Assembly: GCA_002633005.1 (NCBI GenBank)
Contig: NMRA01000122.1
Span: forward strand, 728,518-792,517
DNA from: Phoronis australis
Lineage: Eukaryota; Animalia; Phoronida
Direction of reading: 5' to 3'
Length of the DNA: 64,000 nt
Part shown: piece after piece, positions 43,101 to 52,100 of the stretch
How the letters are laid out: each line of letters opens with the position of its first letter
Position numbering within the stretch: the stretch's first letter is position 1
Notes under the pieces: model-generated
Database searches by the model: none
What the model was told of the DNA's origin: nothing
Seen by the model: the letters and a program-made list of their open reading frames with translations, nothing else
Program-made: the position numbers and the translations under genes

Positions 43101-46100
43101 TTACTGAGCTAAATTTTATAGTTTAGTAGATATTTGTCTGAATAAACATTTGCCAATGAGGTCCTACATAGCCTACAAATCCCTTATCTAATGGCCATAG
43201 TCAAGCACCAGACTACGTACTATCATCAGCCGTGTGATGAACTTTGACCTTTACCAAAAGGTCATGGTCTAGCCACATGTAATCTGTCATCACAAGAGTA
43301 AAACATCCTAATATCTCAAAGAGCCATAGTCCACATATTCATTTAGAACATCTCAACTCGTGCACAGTTTTGACCTTGAACTCAAGGGTCAAGGACAAGC
43401 AGCACATCGCTTTTTATCACTAGAGTACACATTTGATCACCTCATGATGACCTTTGATTTCTTTCCTAAGGTCACAGCAGAACAGCAGCTCGTTTTCCAT
43501 CATTGGATTACATATCATGATCTCATAACGACCTTTAACCTCTTACCTTGGGGTCATAGTCAAGCAGCAGTTCATCTCCCATCAGATAGTGCTGCGGTGG
43601 ATACAGCTGCATATTCTCACACAATTTTTGGACATAGTCACTCGCAGATGACTGGAACAGATTTTGAGAGAATTTTGTTGCATAACAAGAGTTTTGTTTT
43701 AATCTTTTTATGATGTCAGTTTAACCAGATTGTTCCTGTATGGTAATCCTTGTACTATTTAATATGTAAATAATGAATTTAGAACAAAAGCAACGCAGAC
43801 CTTTGATAAGCGCCCACCACGTGCATCCCAAATGGTAAAATTAAACGAGGTAATCATTTATCCAAATATTTCTACAGTCGTCACATCCATCCAAACATCA
43901 ACATTTGCTGTGCTCTCCTTATCAAGAACACAAAGGACAAACTTCACAAAGAACTTAATATTATAATAATAGATATCTAGGCAGATACAATGACGGTTTG
44001 CCATAGTAGTCAGATCCAACCCAGTCAAGTTAACTACTGTCCCTGTAAAGTCATTGCTTCATAGTCAATCATTTTCTCCATCAGCTCAGTTTTAAATTGT
44101 TCCTATTACGTCTAATAATCTTGAAAGTAGCCCATTTCTGTAAAAATGTAGGTATAGACAGGGGGCAGAAATGTTTTCGTACTTATATTCATTAGGTCAC
44201 GTGATGTGACCAAAAAGATCAGGGATTGAATGGGATAAACTGCTTGCAACATATTCCACTTCTCACTGAAAAAGATATATTTATACATATAGACAAAGTA
44301 GTAGTGAATCTGTTGTTGTTAGTTTGTGAGCATTAACATACTTGTTCCTTCCATCTGAACTCATTATCTTCTATAGTTTGAATCTCCTTAAATACACGTT
44401 CACATGGGCCAGTTCTCCTCAACATGTCCAAATATTGGAACATGGCTGTTAGCACCTGAAAAGACAAGGAATTGCTTCAGATGAAATATGTTTATGGAAA
44501 ATCTTACAAAAAAGCAAGGGAAGCCACAGAATTTTATGCATAGAATACACAGATAACATGAACCAACTATTGCTCATTAGATCATTATGTATAACAGTTG
44601 CAATATGATAGCAAAATGACAAACTTATGACAATGAAATTTGCAAACTTAGCAAAACAAATTTCTTCCCTAGATCTCCTAATCGACTACTTTAAGTAATC
44701 TTGCAAGGAATTTTAAATTCTTAACTGTTGTGAAGTCAGGATCTTACCTCATAAACTCGTTGAAACCCTTTGTCTGACAGTTTCACAGTGACCGTGAAGA
44801 AACTACAGGTTTGATTATACTCAAAGCCTTGCTCACCGTTTCCACTAGATATGGACAATGCCCAATACCTAGAAAATATAAACAAATTAAAACATAATGT
44901 CAACAGAACAGCAACACTTCATTTAATGTGACAACTGTGCATGGATTGTCGCTTGGAATACAGAGGATTTAAAGTTGTTCTCAGAGACAATCACCAACTG
45001 TTATTTGACTAGCCCTAATGACAAAATACATTAAGCACACTAGATGCACAGACATTCCCAGTCTTCCTCTCATAAGAATGAGATGATATGTGTGGAAATA
45101 TTTGGCTATTTGAGGTGTCTTCAAAATGGACTTACCTAGACTTGAGGTAGGACAACAGAGGTGTCTTCAAATTGGACTTACCTAGACTTGAGGTAGGACA
45201 ACACAGGTGTCTTCAAAATGGACTTACCTAGACTTAAGGTAGGACAACAGAGACCCCTTCCCCTCATGACCCACCAACCAACTGATGTAGTGCAACGGTT
45301 TGGATCTGAAACATTGGTGATAAGCTCATACTTTGAGGCAATATATGATATGCCTCTATATTTACTTAAAGAGTTCTTGGACACAGTTTTTCAAACAGTC
45401 AACCGGCTGGCAAACGATCGACTGCTTTTCACCGTAAAACAATGCCACGCAAATCAGATGCAATCTAGCAATCAAGCTGAGATGCCAACCACATTACAAT
45501 AATAAAACATCTGAACCACTTAGGTCCAGGCAGTGGTGGCTCTCTCTTTTTTTGAAAATATAATTCACGAGATGACATGCAGTACTGTTCAGTACGGTTG
45601 AAGAATTGAAACAATGTGGTTAATAACAAGGTAACTCTTGTTCACAAGTATATTGAACATATAGAATTATCCAATCAATGTCATCACTGTCATCGTTGTA
45701 GCCACCAACATCGTTGTCAAGGTAATCATCAGTATGAACTTTAGTCGGTACTCAGTATTGTACCTGTAGTGTGAGTGGACAGCGGGCAGCACCCAGGTGA
45801 CCTCTACTTCATGTAGGTCCTTGATTGGTACAACCTTGTACAGCTTATTGAAGGACTCCATCTTGAAGGGTTTGGACAAATGATGGAAGGTTTGTTGCTC
45901 CTTACCACTGAATAGTGAAAAAATGAAAAGAGGAACCATCGTACACAAAAATAAAACAAACTAAACATATCAGATGCAAAGAGGAACAACACATTTGGTT
46001 ACACTTGGTATCTGTGCAGTGAAAAGGACTGTCAGTGTCTCTGCTGGTGCACTTGTACATAACATCCTGCTCCTTACAGTCACTATGTCAGACACTTGAA

Positions 46101-49100
46101 TTAGACCACTTGTTGCTCAGAAATTGATTTAAACGTAATTTATAAACTCAGTATGCTATTGCTAAAACAGAACTCAGCTGCTCAACTTACCACGCTTATA
46201 TGCTGAAAGCATAGACCTAAGTTACCAGGTTATGAATATGGTTGCATGGACACCAGGTGGAGCTATAGAGCTACAGAATCACACACAGGTTCATCTGTAC
46301 CATATGTCTTCACACAATAATAGAAGAAGGACCACACAATTTATAAAACAGACACAAGAGTAACTGACAGCTATAATCTTTTCATCCTAAACACCCGGCT
46401 TTCCCAGTGGGCAGACTGTGTTTAGAAATCCCCGCTATGATTGATACACTTTACCGTTTGGCCACGTACAGTGCATCTAGTGCCAAGTCACTAAAATAAT
46501 TTGAAGAATAACAAAAATATAACATACTTGTGTGGAACATCAGCGAAAATTTCCGTCACCCAATTTTGCAGATCGTCCAATGTTTCCTTAGCTATAACCA
46601 CAACTGTCATATAATGTGATGAATAGATATTTTGATAAAATGACTGGAGGCGACCATACACATCAATGCCTTTTTCCACAGGCTGCTTCTTTAAACTGAG
46701 AGTGTTTCCTGGAAACAAAATATTGTAGATCATAAAAACTGGTTGAAAAAAAAATGCAACAATATCTTTTTAATTGAGTCAGATGCTAATCATGGGTTCT
46801 GCAGCAGGGAGCCATATAAACCCTCTACTAGTCAAGCATTTTAGTGACTAAAGGCACACTATGGACGAGGACAATGTCAAAGTAGTGGACAGCACACAAA
46901 AATGGTTCAAGAGAGGAGTCCGTGCATCCATCCATATCACAATCAAGATCTCCAATCTAAATAGGGATGTGGAGCATTACGACCGTGCTTTTAAAGATCT
47001 GTCTTCACCTCCTTAGAATTTCAACATCGTGAGTTGTCTGCTAATGTCACCTTACAGTCAACTTGCAGCACAAGAGTGATAGGCTGCCATTGGAAGTCCT
47101 CGATAGACTTGAGTAAAATTTTAAATGGACTCGCCTTCCTTAGACAACAGCAGCATAACTTTAGATGCAGGACAGTGACCGCAATAAATCTAAATCGTTA
47201 CATACTCAGGTGAGAAACAGTTCCTGGACTTGGGTTGAATAACAGTTTGTTATTGCTTGAGATGAGGATCACTACATTGGTTTACCACAGTGTGTCCTAT
47301 CCACAATTTTTCCACAGCCGTTAAACCATTCCTCACCTGAGTAAGGAACAAATTGAGACCACTTTTATCATGGAAAGTGATCTGTAAATCAAAAGACATT
47401 TTTTGACCACCAAAGACACTTTAATTATTTGATTCTAATGGTCCACTATAATGGCACAGTCTTCACACTGGGAGGACAGAATCACTTAAAGTACAAACAG
47501 ATGCACACAAGGAATTCGATTCAAGCAATAATGTCAAATAAATTGAGGTATGTTATGACTCATTCAGCACATTAAGTAAAATATGCAAAAAATTATGAGT
47601 CGTTACTGAACTTACTTACAGCGTCTGCTGGCTTTTTCAAGCCTGTGTGACCTCTAGTGGATTCGGTCAGAATTAAGAAGATCGGTGGGAAACTTCAGTC
47701 AGAATCCCATCCCATCTATATTTGAACGGAAGAGGAGGCTTGAGATTCAACCTATCACACACTTGGGACAGGATTCTGACTAAAATTTCCTCAACTCTGA
47801 CCGAATCCACCAGAGGTCGCACAGACGTGGGCGAAATGTTGCCTATTTTATCTCAAGTACGTTCAGTAAGGACTCATAATTTTCTGCATACAATAATGGT
47901 GAATATTTTGACAAGTACACATATTTATTCCAGCAGCAAAGACAATTCAGAAACAGTTGGGTGACTCACCCCAAAAGAACTTGCTCATTGGGTGGCCATC
48001 TTCAGCCATGGCACCAAACAGCTGCTGTTTTCTACACGTGTCAGACACTTTACTCATCATGAATTCTGCAAAACAAGAATACAAAGAGTTGAAATGAACC
48101 CTAAACCGCGCGGTATGCGTCCAAGAATGAATATTAGCATCACACAATGGTGATCAGAATACACTGAACCTGTCAGACATAGGAAAACTAGTTGCTACAT
48201 CAGGGAACTTCAAAGACGCATGGGTAAACATAAAAAATCCGGTCGTCACTAGGTGGCACAGTTTTTTCAAGTCTTAAAGGTTAACTAATATAAAAATGCC
48301 CATAATTCTAATAATTTTAATGACGGCTGCATTGTAAAAACAAAGCTGGCAATAAAGTAGTCTACTAGACTGTTCTCATTGATTACTTTTTAATGGCAAA
48401 CTTGACAAAATGAGATTCTATTCCAGCATAATGTGTCCCAGTTACTGTTACAGAATCAGACATGTTCTACTTCGATGGAAATGTGAGTGGTTGAGAAACA
48501 AGTTAAACGGGACTGGCTAGAAAACGGTGAACACAAGAGAAGTGAGACAACATACCACTGTCAACAGCCTGGATTTCACGATCCACACTGTCCTTTTTCA
48601 TTAGGGGACCAATAAAAAACTGGGCGAATCTATCCAAGGCCTCTCGGAAGTGTATGCGGTCGATTTCAAAATAGAACACAGTCTGCAAACACAGGAGTGT
48701 AACAGCTGCCAACATGCACACATCTCAGAAGTTATAAAACGCTTCAATTTTTCCTTAATCAATTTTTGAGACTTTGTATGTTGCAGCAAATCTTACTCTG
48801 GACTTGTTCTTGTTAGTCTAACTGAAAACTTTGTCAGCAAGCATGACACGAAAATAAAGAACGTAACAAATTCCTTTGATGGGTAAAGTTCATGGATTCA
48901 TAATTCAAATACATAGCCATAGACACTAGAAGTGGTGACATTAACAGCAAGTCAAAACCATCTCTGCAAAGAGAGGCACTTAAGGGGCGAAGCAGAGGAA
49001 AACCAAAACGAGACATGAAGATTTGAAAATTATCACCATGGACTTTCATGAAATGCACATCAACAAACACAGGACCCATGATGGGAGTGATCTATTATGC

Positions 49101-52100
49101 AAAAGTCAATTGAATATTAACTGATCTCCATATTTCTGACCCATAAAAAATATTTGAGAGATCAATTAATGTTAAGAAAATAAGAAATCTTCTAACCCTT
49201 TCACAGTCAGTGTATGCATTGTCGGTGCCACCGTGTTTGTTAATGAATGCGTCAAAACTGTTTTCCTCTGGATATTTCTCACTTCCCATGAACACCACTA
49301 CAAACAGAGAATTGTGAGAATTTTTAAACAGCAACAGTAACAACAATCATAAGATAAACAAACTGACAAACGCAATGAAATGCAATATAAGTGAGAAACA
49401 AAAAATAAACAAGTGATATCCAATTGTCAATTTCTATTTGTAAGGAACTTTCACCAAAAATGTCTGAACACACATAAAGCTTTATGCCATCTTGTACGCA
49501 AATAAAGAAAACAAAGCTCAGAGAAAACACTAGAATTGTTAAGCGTATTACAAGGCTGATGGTACAAGTCTCACAATCTGACATACTCAACACACCTTTA
49601 TACTATGAAACACTTACTGTGCTCCAAAAAGTGTGCCAACCCTGGAATGTCGTCCGGATCACTAAAACTTCCAGATCCAATACATAAGCCAGCTGCTGCC
49701 TAAATCAGAAAATATTAGTGAGCAGTGCAACAGATCACCACATCGCAAGATTGACCATTACAGTGCTAAAAGCTAACTAAAAGGTAAATACTGAAACATA
49801 AGACTAACCGTAATATATGTGTGTTTAACATAAGATGTGAAAAAGTTTGCACGTCAATTTGTCTTGTTAACACACAAAATTGTTACTTTTTGTAAACAAG
49901 AACGGAAATACAATTTTTTTTATCAGAATTGAATGAAAAATATTCTTGAAGTTCTAAACAATCAAATTGTGTTTACCTAAAGCATGACTGTGTGTGTGTG
50001 TGTGTGTGTTTCATTAACTGTAATTGTTTATATAAATTTTCAAAAAATATAAAAAAATCTTTGCAGTTTCCAGACTGCAAGAATATGTTAATGACTGAGG
50101 CAGATGCAGGGTAATTACATAACCATTTTATTATATGATTAGTCCTCGTTTCACGCTTGCATTCTTTTTGAAGAACGGAGGAAGTTTGAAGTGTATAGTC
50201 ACCGCTAAATAGCGACACAGCGGCGAGACTCGTGGTCAAAAAATTCCGCACACAATGATTTTTTCAGGACTGTCTGTTCTTATTCATAAATTGAAGACGT
50301 TACTGTAGAATTTTAGAACTGTAGGTAAGGCATTTTTCGCATGAACACAGCGTTTATGGACCGGGCGCTTATTTTAGCAAAGTCTGAAAACGCGTGGGAG
50401 GTGCTTATAGAGGCATGGGCGCTTAGTAGGGCGAATACGGTATACAGACAGTCATTTGACATTTTAGCCTTAAAATACCAACCTTTTTGTGCAGCAGATG
50501 ATTCCTGACTGTGTAAGCAAAAAGATTACACCAAGATCCCTCGTGCGAAATGAATGAGGGACAAAATATATTTCCAAATAATTTTAGATGACAATTTTGC
50601 AAAATGAGATGAGTGTATGTAATAAGGAGAACACAGTAATGAATCTTCTAGTGGCACATTGGTATGTAGTTTGATTTTATCTGTTTGGCCTTAAATGGTA
50701 AAACACAGCATTGTGGAAGTGGAACTTCAATTTTTCAAATGTCTTAAATCTAGGTATTTTTTATCTGAACCACTAGAATCAAAATGCAACAACCAACGGC
50801 TTGGAGAAGTCCACAGGTTTGTTCATTAGCACTTTAATAACTAAGTCAGTAAAGCTCTTGCTATGATGCTAAGGTTGACACCATACAACATTATTATTTC
50901 AACTTCTGAAGCAAGGCAGTAAGTCCAGTTTTGACATAATCTACAAGAAACATTTCTTCTTGGTGCTTATCAAATGCACCTTCAATGAATATGTGCTTCT
51001 TACTAATTTTTCAGATTCTTTGTGTTTTCTTCCACGTTTCTTCCGACTCTCATCATTGCAGTCATCTTCATAATCCTCTTCTTCATTCTCTTCTTCACTA
51101 ACTTCGTAGTCCTCATCTTCTTCTCCCTCCTCCTCATCATCTTCTTCTTCTTCATCTTCAAGTTCTACAGATGGATTTTTTAACCTTGAGAGCGACTCTT
51201 CTTCAGTTAGATCTGATACAAGAAGACCCCTCAGACCATTTCTAAGAGTAATCACTCTGAAAGGTAAACAAAAAACGGTTGCCTCATGTTACGGTAATGT
51301 AAATGAATATAACATCTCCTCTACTTATTGTTTACATTCAAACACTTCAGTTATACAAAACATAATACAGTTACAGATGAGTTCTACACACAACGGCTGA
51401 CGTAGCTGTCTACAGAGGTCACTGCAACAACAAAACACTTGCTCAATAGTTTGACAACATATAAACACTGAATGGTCAGCACCAGTGTCTCACAAAACAA
51501 TTTAACAGACAAGTGTTAACTGTAACCATATCCACTTTACTGAGCCAGCTAGAGACAGTGGTCACCATCTAGTCGCTAGTTAGCTCTACATGTTGTCAAG
51601 TTCCATGACAAGATTATGAGCAGAAATACAAGGACTTTACAATTTCAAAGTCTATGTGAATTTAACAGGCTGTGATTTCTAGCTGTATTTTGACGGTCTC
51701 CATACAGGTGGCTATAGTATAGTTAGGCAATTAAATATCCCTGAATGCCGCAGGTAATCATTTCAAAATAAAGCAAATAAAATCGAATGAAACATGCATA
51801 TAGGCCCATGGAGTTATAATTACCACATACCATGACTCTGCATACAATTTAGTCAGCATAAGTTGAACATATCTATGAAAATCTCTCGCGGTTTGGTCAG
51901 AGGGTGATGTTGAAAACTAAAAGTTGGTGAATAAGACATAGGTTTATTGTAAGAACATATAACTACAATATTCCACACTTACAAGCAATCCAGTTGTTGC
52001 ATGATTTAGTATCGCAGCGTTGTGATTTATACAGTTCTGATACACCGGCAAGCCAGTCGCTGATTAATAGTTGTGTGTGCAAGAACGGGGCAATTTGGTT

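Noticed and set aside
45115-45252. CRISPR-like direct repeats
   Set aside because: Contiguous tandem units without spacers, derived from the exon boundary
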